In this document: positions 22,311 through 34,671 of the stretch, one piece after another
Numbering within the stretch: position 1 is the first letter of the stretch
Layout: every line of letters starts with the position of its first letter
Assembly: GCA_951406725.2 (NCBI GenBank)
Contig: OX597836.1
Span: 9,424,001 to 9,488,000, forward strand
Direction: 5' to 3'
DNA from: Octopus vulgaris
Taxonomy: Eukaryota
Length of the DNA stretch: 64,000 bases
Translations under genes and position numbers: made by a program
The notes under the pieces: generated by a model
The model's database searches: none
Told to the model about the DNA's origin: nothing
The model's input: only the letters and a program-made list of their open reading frames with translations

Positions 22311-25300
22311 TCAGAATAATAATAATAATTAATAAATAGAAATACGGGATGAATTAAAGTTCAAGGATTTCTTATCTTGGGATCACTTCGTTTACGGACA
22401 GTCTTGGCAAAAGGAATTCGGAATCAAGAATGAGGCAGGATACTAGCTTAAGTATGCATAGGAGTCCAGACAGACAATGTAAAAAGAGGGGGAGAGAAGG
22501 GCGCGAAGAATCAGCAGCCAATTTCTATCAGCCCTGTAAGGGAGAATAGATCTTAAATATCTATAACGATAACTAGTGAATTATACAGAATATGCAAAAA
22601 CGAGGCGAGGCTGAAATAGTAAACAGAGTGGCGTCTTGGGGGATCAGAATAATAATAATAATTAATAAATAGAAATACGGGATGAATTAAAGTTCAAGGA
22701 TTTCTTATCTTGGGATCACTTCGTTTACGGACAGTCTTGGCAAAAGGAATTCGGAATCAAGAATGAGGCAGGATACTAGCTTAAGTATGCATAGGAGTCC
22801 AGACAGACAATGTAAAAAGAGGGGGAGAGAAGGGCGCGAAGAATCAGCAGCCAATTTCTATCAGCCCTGTAAGGGAGAATAGATCTTAAATATCTATAAC
22901 GATAACTAGTGAATTATACAGAATATGCAAAAACGAGGCGAGGCTGAAATAGTAAACAGAGTGGCGTCTTGGGGGATCAGAATAATAATAATAATTAATA
23001 AATAGAAATACGGGATGAATTAAAGTTCAAGGATTTCTTATCTTGGGATCACTTCGTTTACGGACAGTCTTGGCAAAAGGAATTCGGAATCAAGAATGAG
23101 GCAGGATACTAGCTTAAGTATGCATAGGAGTCCAGACAGACAATGTAAAAAGAGGGGGAGAGAAGGGCGCGAAGAATCAGCAGCCAATTTCTATCAGCCC
23201 TGTAAGGGAGAATAGATCTTAAATATCTATAACGATAACTAGTGAATTATACAGAATATGCAAAAACGAGGCGAGGCTGAAATAGTAAACAGAGTGGCGT
23301 CTTGGGGGATCAGAATAATAATAATAATTAATAAATAGAAATACGGGATGAATTAAAGTTCAAGGATTTCTTATCTTGGGATCACTTCGTTTACGGACAG
23401 TCTTGGCAAAAGGAATTCGGAATCAAGAATGAGGCAGGATACTAGCTTAAGTATGCATAGGAGTCCAGACAGACAATGTAAAAAGAGGGGGAGAGAAGGG
23501 CGCGAAGAATCAGCAGCCAATTTCTATCAGCCCTGTAAGGGAGAATAGATCTTAAATATCTATAACGATAACTAGTGAATTATACAGAATATGCAAAAAC
23601 GAGGCGAGGCTGAAATAGTAAACAGAGTGGCGTCTTGGGGGATCAGAATAATAATAATAATTAATAAATAGAAATACGGGATGAATTAAAGTTCAAGGAT
23701 TTCTTATCTTGGGATCACTTCGTTTACGGACAGTCTTGGCAAAAGGAATTCGGAATCAAGAATGAGGCAGGATACTAGCTTAAGTATGCATAGGAGTCCA
23801 GACAGACAATGTAAAAAGAGGGGGAGAGAAGGGCGCGAAGAATCAGCAGCCAATTTCTATCAGCCCTGTAAGGGAGAATAGATCTTAAATATCTATAACG
23901 ATAACTAGTGAATTATACAGAATATGCAAAAACGAGGCGAGGCTGAAATAGTAAACAGAGTGGCGTCTTGGGGGATCAGAATAATAATAATAATTAATAA
24001 ATAGAAATACGGGATGAATTAAAGTTCAAGGATTTCTTATCTTGGGATCACTTCGTTTACGGACAGTCTTGGCAAAAGGAATTCGGAATCAAGAATGAGG
24101 CAGGATACTAGCTTAAGTATGCATAGGAGTCCAGACAGACAATGTAAAAAGAGGGGGAGAGAAGGGCGCGAAGAATCAGCAGCCAATTTCTATCAGCCCT
24201 GTAAGGGAGAATAGATCTTAAATATCTATAACGATAACTAGTGAATTATACAGAATATGCAAAAACGAGGCGAGGCTGAAATAGTAAACAGAGTGGCGTC
24301 TTGGGGGATCAGAATAATAATAATAATTAATAAATAGAAATACGGGATGAATTAAAGTTCAAGGATTTCTTATCTTGGGATCACTTCGTTTACGGACAGT
24401 CTTGGCAAAAGGAATTCGGAATCAAGAATGAGGCAGGATACTAGCTTAAGTATGCATAGGAGTCCAGACAGACAATGTAAAAAGAGGGGGAGAGAAGGGC
24501 GCGAAGAATCAGCAGCCAATTTCTATCAGCCCTGTAAGGGAGAATAGATCTTAAATATCTATAACGATAACTAGTGAATTATACAGAATATGCAAAAACG
24601 AGGCGAGGCTGAAATAGTAAACAGAGTGGCGTCTTGGGGGATCAGAATAATAATAATAATTAATAAATAGAAATACGGGATGAATTAAAGTTCAAGGATT
24701 TCTTATCTTGGGATCACTTCGTTTACGGACAGTCTTGGCAAAAGGAATTCGGAATCAAGAATGAGGCAGGATACTAGCTTAAGTATGCATAGGAGTCCAG
24801 ACAGACAATGTAAAAAGAGGGGAGAGAAGGGCGCGAAGAATCAGCAGCCAATTTCTATCAGCCCTGTAAGGGAGAATAGATCTTAAATATCTATAACGAT
24901 AACTAGTGAATTATACAGAATATGCAAAAACGAGGCGAGGCTGAAATAGTAAACAGAGTGGCGTCTTGGGGGATCAGAATAATAATAATAATTAATAAAT
25001 AGAAATACGGGATGAATTAAAGTTCAAGGATTTCTTATCTTGGGATCACTTCGTTTACGGACAGTCTTGGCAAAAGGAATTCGGAATCAAGAATGAGGCA
25101 GGATACTAGCTTAAGTATGCATAGGAGTCCAGACAGACAATGTAAAAAGAGGGGGAGAGAAGGGCGCGAAGAATCAGCAGCCAATTTCTATCAGCCCTGT
25201 AAGGGAGAATAGATCTTAAATATCTATAACGATAACTAGTGAATTATACAGAATATGCAAAAACGAGGCGAGGCTGAAATAGTAAACAGAGTGGCGTCTT

Positions 25301-28300
25301 GGGGGATCAGAATAATAATAATAATTAATAAATAGAAATACGGGATGAATTAAAGTTCAAGGATTTCTTATCTTGGGATCACTTCGTTTACGGACAGTCT
25401 TGGCAAAAGGAATTCGGAATCAAGAATGAGGCAGGATACTAGCTTAAGTATGCATAGGAGTCCAGACAGACAATGTAAAAAGAGGGGGAGAGAAGGGCGC
25501 GAAGAATCAGCAGCCAATTTCTATCAGCCCTGTAAGGGAGAATAGATCTTAAATATCTATAACGATAACTAGTGAATTATACAGAATATGCAAAAACGAG
25601 GCGAGGCTGAAATAGTAAACAGAGTGGCGTCTTGGGGGATCAGAATAATAATAATAATTAATAAATAGAAATACGGGATGAATTAAAGTTCAAGGATTTC
25701 TTATCTTGGGATCACTTCGTTTACGGACAGTCTTGGCAAAAGGAATTCGGAATCAAGAATGAGGCAGGATACTAGCTTAAGTATGCATAGGAGTCCAGAC
25801 AGACAATGTAAAAAGAGGGGGAGAGAAGGGCGCGAAGAATCAGCAGCCAATTTCTATCAGCCCTGTAAGGGAGAATAGATCTTAAATATCTATAACGATA
25901 ACTAGTGAATTATACAGAATATGCAAAAACGAGGCGAGGCTGAAATAGTAAACAGAGTGGCGTCTTGGGGGATCAGAATAATAATAATAATTAATAAATA
26001 GAAATACGGGATGAATTAAAGTTCAAGGATTTCTTATCTTGGGATCACTTCGTTTACGGACAGTCTTGGCAAAAGGAATTCGGAATCAAGAATGAGGCAG
26101 GATACTAGCTTAAGTATGCATAGGAGTCCAGACAGACAATGTAAAAGGGGGAGAGAAGGGCGCGAAGAATCAGCAGCCAATTTCTATCAGCCCTGTAAGG
26201 GAGAATAGATCTTAAATATCTATAACGATAACTAGTGAATTATACAGAATATGCAAAAACGAGGCGAGGCTGAAATAGTAAACAGAGTGGCGTCTTGGGG
26301 GATCAGAATAATAATAATAATTAATAAATAGAAATACGGGATGAATTAAAGTTCAAGGATTTCTTATCTTGGGATCACTTCGTTTACGGACAGTCTTGGC
26401 AAAAGGAATTCGGAATCAAGAATGAGGCAGGATACTAGCTTAAGTATGCATAGGAGTCCAGACAGACAATGTAAAAAGAGGGGGAGAGAAGGGCGCGAAG
26501 AATCAGCAGCCAATTTCTATCAGCCCTGTAAGGGAGAATAGATCTTAAATATCTATAACGATAACTAGTGAATTATACAGAATATGCAAAAACGAGGCGA
26601 GGCTGAAATAGTAAACAGAGTGGCGTCTTGGGGGATCAGAATAATAATAATAATTAATAAATAGAAATACGGGATGAATTAAAGTTCAAGGATTTCTTAT
26701 CTTGGGATCACTTCGTTTACGGACAGTCTTGGCAAAAGGAATTCGGAATCAAGAATGAGGCAGGATACTAGCTTAAGTATGCATAGGAGTCCAGACAGAC
26801 AATGTAAAAAGAGGGGGAGAGAAGGGCGCGAAGAATCAGCAGCCAATTTCTATCAGCCCTGTAAGGGAGAATAGATCTTAAATATCTATAACGATAACTA
26901 GTGAATTATACAGAATATGCAAAAACGAGGCGAGGCTGAAATAGTAAACAGAGTGGCGTCTTGGGGGATCAGAATAATAATAATAATTAATAAATAGAAA
27001 TACGGGATGAATTAAAGTTCAAGGATTTCTTATCTTGGGATCACTTCGTTTACGGACAGTCTTGGCAAAAGGAATTCGGAATCAAGAATGAGGCAGGATA
27101 CTAGCTTAAGTATGCATAGGAGTCCAGACAGACAATGTAAAAAGAGGGGGAGAGAAGGGCGCGAAGAATCAGCAGCCAATTTCTATCAGCCCTGTAAGGG
27201 AGAATAGATCTTAAATATCTATAACGATAACTAGTGAATTATACAGAATATGCAAAAACGAGGCGAGGCTGAAATAGTAAACAGAGTGGCGTCTTGGGGG
27301 ATCAGAATAATAATAATAATTAATAAATAGAAATACGGGATGAATTAAAGTTCAAGGATTTCTTATCTTGGGATCACTTCGTTTACGGACAGTCTTGGCA
27401 AAAGGAATTCGGAATCAAGAATGAGGCAGGATACTAGCTTAAGTATGCATAGGAGTCCAGACAGACAATGTAAAAAGAGGGGGAGAGAAGGGCGCGAAGA
27501 ATCAGCAGCCAATTTCTATCAGCCCTGTAAGGGAGAATAGATCTTAAATATCTATAACGATAACTAGTGAATTATACAGAATATGCAAAAACGAGGCGAG
27601 GCTGAAATAGTAAACAGAGTGGCGTCTTGGGGGATCAGAATAATAATAATAATTAATAAATAGAAATACGGGATGAATTAAAGTTCAAGGATTTCTTATC
27701 TTGGGATCACTTCGTTTACGGACAGTCTTGGCAAAAGGAATTCGGAATCAAGAATGAGGCAGGATACTAGCTTAAGTATGCATAGGAGTCCAGACAGACA
27801 ATGTAAAAAGAGGGGGAGAGAAGGGCGCGAAGAATCAGCAGCCAATTTCTATCAGCCCTGTAAGGGAGAATAGATCTTAAATATCTATAACGATAACTAG
27901 TGAATTATACAGAATATGCAAAAACGAGGCGAGGCTGAAATAGTAAACAGAGTGGCGTCTTGGGGGATCAGAATAATAATAATAATTAATAAATAGAAAT
28001 ACGGGATGAATTAAAGTTCAAGGATTTCTTATCTTGGGATCACTTCGTTTACGGACAGTCTTGGCAAAAGGAATTCGGAATCAAGAATGAGGCAGGATAC
28101 TAGCTTAAGTATGCATAGGAGTCCAGACAGACAATGTAAAAAGAGGGGGAGAGAAGGGCGCGAAGAATCAGCAGCCAATTTCTATCAGCCCTGTAAGGGA
28201 GAATAGATCTTAAATATCTATAACGATAACTAGTGAATTATACAGAATATGCAAAAACGAGGCGAGGCTGAAATAGTAAACAGAGTGGCGTCTTGGGGGA

Positions 28301-30248
28301 TCAGAATAATAATAATAATTAATAAATAGAAATACGGGATGAATTAAAGTTCAAGGATTTCTTATCTTGGGATCACTTCGTTTACGGACAGTCTTGGCAA
28401 AAGGAATTCGGAATCAAGAATGAGGCAGGATACTAGCTTAAGTATGCATAGGAGTCCAGACAGACAATGTAAAAAGAGGGGGAGAGAAGGGCGCGAAGAA
28501 TCAGCAGCCAATTTCTATCAGCCCTGTAAGGGAGAATAGATCTTAAATATCTATAACGATAACTAGTGAATTATACAGAATATGCAAAAACGAGGCGAGG
28601 CTGAAATAGTAAACAGAGTGGCGTCTTGGGGGATCAGAATAATAATAATAATTAATAAATAGAAATACGGGATGAATTAAAGTTCAAGGATTTCTTATCT
28701 TGGGATCACTTCGTTTACGGACAGTCTTGGCAAAAGGAATTCGGAATCAAGAATGAGGCAGGATACTAGCTTAAGTATGCATAGGAGTCCAGACAGACAA
28801 TGTAAAAAGAGGGGGAGAGAAGGGCGCGAAGAATCAGCAGCCAATTTCTATCAGCCCTGTAAGGGAGAATAGATCTTAAATATCTATAACGATAACTAGT
28901 GAATTATACAGAATATGCAAAAACGAGGCGAGGCTGAAATAGTAAACAGAGTGGCGTCTTGGGGGATCAGAATAATAATAATAATTAATAAATAGAAATA
29001 CGGGATGAATTAAAGTTCAAGGATTTCTTATCTTGGGATCACTTCGTTTACGGACAGTCTTGGCAAAAGGAATTCGGAATCAAGAATGAGGCAGGATACT
29101 AGCTTAAGTATGCATAGGAGTCCAGACAGACAATGTAAAAAGAGGGGGAGAGAAGGGCGCGAAGAATCAGCAGCCAATTTCTATCAGCCCTGTAAGGGAG
29201 AATAGATCTTAAATATCTATAACGATAACTAGTGAATTATACAGAATATGCAAAAACGAGACGAGGCTGAAATAGTAAACAGAGTGGCGTCTTGGGGGAT
29301 CAGAATAATAATAATAATTAATAAATAGAAATACGGGATGAATTAAAGTTCAAGGATTTCTTATCTTGGGATCACTTCGTTTACGGACAGTCTTGGCAAA
29401 AGGAATTCGGAATCAAGAATGAGGCAGGATACTAGCTTAAGTATGCATAGGAGTCCAGACAGACAATGTAAAAAGAGGGGGAGAGAAGGGCGCGAAGAAT
29501 CAGCAGCCAATTTCTATCAGCCCTGTAAGGGAGAATAGATCTTAAATATCTATAACGATAACTAGTGAATTATACAGAATATGCAAAAACGAGGCGAGGC
29601 TGAAATAGTAAACAGAGTGGCGTCTTGGGGGATCAGAATAATAATAATAATTAATAAATAGAAATACGGGATGAATTAAAGTTCAAGGATTTCTTATCTT
29701 GGGATCACTTCGTTTACGGACAGTCTTGGCAAAAGGAATTCGGAATCAAGAATGAGGCAGGATACTAGCTTAAGTATGCATAGGAGTCCAGACAGACAAT
29801 GTAAAAAGAGGGGGAGAGAAGGGCGCGAAGAATCAGCAGCCAATTTCTATCAGCCCTGTAAGGGAGAATAGATCTTAAATATCTATAACGATAACTAGTG
29901 AATTATACAGAATATGCAAAAACGAGGCGAGGCTGAAATAGTAAACAGAGTGGCGTCTTGGGGGATCAGAATAATAATAATAATTAATAAATAGAAATAC
30001 GGGATGAATTAAAGTTCAAGGATTTCTTATCTTGGGATCACTTCGTTTACGGACAGTCTTGGCAAAAGGAATTCGGAATCAAGAATGAGGCAGGATACTA
30101 GCTTAAGTATGCATAGGAGTCCAGACAGACAATGTAAAAAGAGGGGGAGAGAAGGGCGCGAAGAATCAGCAGCCAATTTCTATCAGCCCTGTAAGGGAGA
30201 ATAGATCTTAAATATCTATAACGATAACTAGTGAATTATACAGAATAT
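22311..30248. repeat. Satellite array: 23 full + 1 partial copies of a 333-bp monomer
   Basis: TCAGAATAATAAT recurs at 22311, 22644, 22977 ... 29633, 29966; near-perfect identity. Confidence 0.98.
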
Positions 30249-31008
30249 ATATATATGCATGTGTGTCTGTGTTTGCCCCCCTAGCACTGCTTGACAACCG
30301 ATGCTGGTGTGTTTGCGTCCCCGTCACTTAGCGGTTCGGCAAAAGCGACCGATAGAATAAGTACTGGGCTTACAAAAGAATAAGTCCCGGGGTCGAGTTG
30401 CTCGATTAAAGGCGGTGCTCCAGCGTGGCTGCAATCAAAAGACTGAAACAAGTAAAAGAGTAAAAGAGTATTATACACGAGGATTTACGGTAGTTAATTG
30501 AAATGTAATAGAAATGAGCTTCTGGATATGAAACCGATTCAGCAATATAGTTAAAAGTTTCTCGGAAGGTCACTCTAGAATTTGTTTGCAAAATGTGTCT
30601 TTGAGTTTGACCTTTTGTTTCAGTAAACTATTTTTTTTTTCAGTCAACCTCCAGGTTTTGACCTGAGTAACAGCAACAGAGGAAAAAAAAATGAAAATAA
30701 AATAGTGTAATTGGTGTAAAACATATAGTAAATGAATGTGAAAAACAAAATGCGTGCTGGCGAACTCGGAAAATTCATATGATCAAACTCACAGGATCTG
30801 AAAAATCAAGGTTAACCCGGTCACAAAAATGAAAAAATTAAAAAATTAAAAAATAGTGCAGTCAGCGTAAAACAACATGTAGTAAAGAAATATGGAAAAT
30901 AACAATAATAATAATGCGCGCTGGTGAACGGAGGTGAAGGGAGAGGACCAGGATGATTCACACTATCCGATTTTTCCCCTCAAGAAAATGGATATTCTTT
31001 CCAACCAC

Positions 31009-31260
31009 ATGGCTGTGTAGTAAGTAGCCTGTTTACCAACCACATGGTTCCGGGTTCAGTCCCACTGCGTGGTACCTTGGGCAAGTGTCTTCTACTATAC
31101 AGCCTCGGGCTGACCAAAGCCTTGTGAGTGAATTTCGTAGATGGATTTGGTGTATGTGTGTGTGTGTGTGTTTGTCCCCCAACTGTCGCTTGACAACCGA
31201 TGTTGGTGTGTTTATGTCTCCGTAACTTAGCGATTCGGCAAAAAAACCCCCGATAGAGTC
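31009..31260 (+). mobile_element. tRNA-derived SINE, 3'-truncated (duplicate at ~54885-55136)
   Basis: Same head and body as 21041 SINE. Confidence 0.8.
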
Positions 31261-31340
31261 ATAATATCATTATTTGGCATATTGTAAAACAATGTTCTGG
31301 TCAGCAAACTCCTCAAGCCTGTTACAGCTGCTTTCTGTAC

Positions 31341-33945
31341 AGCAGAGAACTGTACCAGGTAGCCAAAAGGGAGGCTGGGTGGCAGATATACATAGCCAAG
31401 GGTGAAGCCGAAAAGAAGAAGTTTGCCAATGTCCAGCGACGTGAGGACCAACGAACTGAGGTATTTCGGATTGCAAGACAATGTGCGAGAGAAAATAGTG
31501 ATGTCACAGGAGAGAAATGCGTCCGCATGGATGATGGTGCACTTGCTTTCAATGTTTCTGAAAAGAAAAAGGCTTGGAGAAGCCATTATGAGAGACTGCT
31601 GAATGTGGAGAATGAATGGGAGGAGGAGAGCCTGCCAAATGCTGACCCAGTAGAGGGACCAGATATCCGAATAGACAGCTCCCTAGTAGTTAAGGCAATT
31701 AAGGGTATGAAGTATGAAACCAGGAAAAGCCCCTGGCCCATCAGGAATCACTGCTTAGATGCTTAAAACATATGGTTGTGTGGGCTATGGCCTAGTCACC
31801 CGCATTGTAAACCAGGTATTTCATAATGGAGTCATACCCAATGATTGGCGTAGCAGCACCATAGTCAATTGCTACAAGGGTAAAGGTGATGCTCTAGATA
31901 GAAATAACTACAGGGGTATTAAACTGTTGGATCAGGTGATGAAGGTCACAGAGAGGGTCATATGAGATGCAGTTCAGTTTTGTGCCAGGTAGATGCACCA
32001 CCGATTCCATATTCCTGGTTCGACAACTGCAGGAGAAGTACCTAGCTAAAGATAAACCCCTCTACATAGCTTTCGTGGACTTGGAGAAAGCCTTTGACAG
32101 GATCCCCCAATCCCTCATCTGGTGGGCAATGCGGAAACTGGAGATTGGCGAATGGTTAATAAGGGCTGTACAGGCCCTATACAGAGAGGCTGTCAGCAAG
32201 GTTAGGATTGGCAATGAGTATAGTGAAGAATTCCGGGTAGAAGTAGGGGTCCACCAAGGTTCAGCCCTCAGTCCCCTTTTATTCATCACAGTCCTCCAAG
32301 CAATAACAGAGGAATTCAAAACAGGTTGCCCCTGGGAGCTCCTCTATGCTGATGACCTGGCCTTCATAGCAGAATCACTACCGGAACTAGAAAAGAAATT
32401 TCGGCTGTGGAAGCAAGGTTTAGAATCAAAGAGCGTTAGAGTAAATGTAGCAAAGACCAAAGTTATAGTAAGCAGAAAGGTGAACTCATCACACACCCGC
32501 ACGGGCAGGTGGCCCTGCTCGATCTGTAGGAAAGGTGTAGGTAGAAACTTCATAAGATGTACCCAGTGTAAGCTATGGACGCATAAGAGGTTCAGCAACA
32601 TCAAAGGAAAATTAACTGATAAGATAGCTTTCATGTGGGCAGATGCACAGGGGTAATAGACACCACAGATACTCAGAAAACAGATTCCATCACACTCCAG
32701 GGGGAGAAACTAGGAGTAGTTGATAGTTTCCGATACCTAGGTGACCAAGTTAGTAGTGGAGGTGGATGCTCAGGGTGTCACCACTAGAATACGAATAGCC
32801 TGGGCAAAATTCAGAAAGCTCCTACCCCTACTGGCGACAAAGGGTCTCTTGCTCAAAGTGAAAGGTAGATTGTATGACGCATGTGTGCGAACTGCCATGC
32901 TTCACGGTAGTGAAACATGGGCTGTGACTGCAGAGGACATGCGTAGACTTGAAAGAAATAAAGCTAGCATGATCCGCTGGATGTGTAATGTCAGTGTGCA
33001 TGCACGACAAAGTGTAAGCGCCCTGAGAGAAATGCTGGACATAAGAAGCATCAGATGTGGTGTGCAAGAGCGACGCTTGCGATGGTATGGTCATGTTCTG
33101 CGGATGGATGAAGAGAGATGTGTGAAGTAGTGCCACTCCCAAACAGTTGATGGTATCAGGGGGAGAGGTAGACCCAGGAAGACATGGGATGAGGTAGTCA
33201 AGCATGACCTCCGAGCGTTGGGCCTCACAGAGGCAATGATGAAGGACCGAGATCTCTGGAGATATGCTGTGACTGCAAAGACCCGGGCTGCTTTCTGCAC
33301 CAGTTTCGCATAGCCCCTGCCCATTCAAAGTACCTTGGATTGCAGAACGACCTGCTGTGCTTACCTTGGATCGTAGAGTGACCTGCTGTGCTCGAGGAGA
33401 CCTATTGAGTCAAGTACATCAACATCGAAATAAATATCAAATGGAAATTGTAGTTACGATATCTGTCCTGGTGGCACATAAAAAGCACCATCCGAACGTG
33501 GCCAATGCCAGCGCTGCCTTGACTGGCTTCTGTGCCGGTGGCACATGACCTGCTGTGCTTGAGGAGACCTATTGAGTTAAGTACATCAAGATCGAAATAA
33601 ATATCAATGGAAATAGTAGTTGTGATACCTTTGCCGGTGGCACGTAAAAAGCACCATCCAAACGTGGCTGATGCCAGCTCCGCCTTGACTGGCTTCTGTG
33701 CCGGTGACACGTAAAAAGCACCAACTGATTGTGGACGCTGCCAGCCTCCCCTGGCACCTGTGCCAGTGGCACGTAAAAAGTACTCACTACACTCACAGAT
33801 TGGTTGGCGTTAGGAAGAGCATTGAGCTGTAGAAACACTTCCAGATCAGATTGGAGCCTGGTGCAGCCTCCTGGCTTCCCAGACTCCGGTCGAACCGTCC
33901 AACCCGTGCTAGCACGGACAACGAACATTAAACGATGATGATGAA
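31341..33945 (+). mobile_element. RTE LINE, RT to (GAT)n tail, decayed
   Basis: ORFs 31527-33130 with FVDLEKAFD, GVHQGS, YADD; 3' UTR sub-repeats and tail. Confidence 0.92.
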
Positions 33946-33973
33946 TATATATATATATATATCCACACACATA

Positions 33974-34671
33974 CAGGGTGTCCTAAAAGTCACTGATGGG
34001 TTTTAATTTTTAATAACTTCCTTAACTTTATAAACAAATGCATGAAATTTTGATACAATATAAAGGACATAAGGGAAATTAATCTGCACAAGTCAAATTT
34101 TGCAACACCACTACATCGCATATGAAACATGACATTGTTTAAATGTCAACCACTTTCAGCTTCACATGCCCATGCACTTTCCAAAACTTGCACCGTAACA
34201 CCCTCAAGAGTTTCAGACACCACTTTTCTGATTTCTCTATTGATGTTCTTCTTCAGTTGCACCAGGGTCTCCTGTTTGTTGACATAAACCCTCTCTTTCA
34301 GGTATCTATGGTTGAGACCTTTTGCACCTGACTATTCAAAGTAGACCTCACATATGGTTCCAGCGAGATGCGGCAACTGCTCATGCCACAAGAGAAACAA
34401 TGCTGTTGCTATGGCAGTGATTGGAGAGAGAATATTTTTACACAACAGCAATAACAATTGGCATTCACATGCTCCAGAATTGACTAGCCTGGATTTTTTC
34501 TTGTGGGGATATCTGAAAGAGAGGGTTTATGTCAACAAACCAGAGACTCTGGTGCAACTGAAGGCGAACATCAATAGAGAAATCAGAGAAGTGGGGTCTG
34601 AAACTCTTGAAGGTGTTATGGTGCAAGTTTTGGAAAGAGCATGGGCGGACAAAGCTGAAAATAGCTGCCAT
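33974..34671. mobile_element. Tc1/mariner-superfamily fragment with inverted duplication of the transposase 3' end
   Basis: TA|CAGGGTGTC terminus; APELTSLDFFLWGYLKERVY (SPDL.P.D-like); 34143-34306 is reverse complement of 34508-34671. Confidence 0.8.

Larger units (their letters stand above)
21041..30468 (+). mobile_element. tRNA-derived SINE split into 21041-21206 and 30249-30468 by the 9-kb insertion
   Basis: A/B boxes, central (TA)n, (GTAAAAGA)n tail, ATTATA on both sides (21035, 30470); intact at 53945-54346. Confidence 0.85.
20541..30492. mobile_element. Non-autonomous TIR DNA transposon (TA-flanked, pogo/Tigger-like), split by nested insertions
   Basis: TACCGTAAATCCTCGAGTATA at 20541 and TATACACGAGGATTTACGGTA at 30472-30492 (20/21 inverted match). 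Confidence 0.8.

Noticed and set aside
22311-22643. 333-mer as hammerhead retrozyme, 5S/snRNA/SL repeat or coding repeat (111 codons)
   Set aside because: No CTGANGA on either strand (closest CTGATAG), no recognisable RNA gene, and no ORF in the track; other ribozyme classes not excluded
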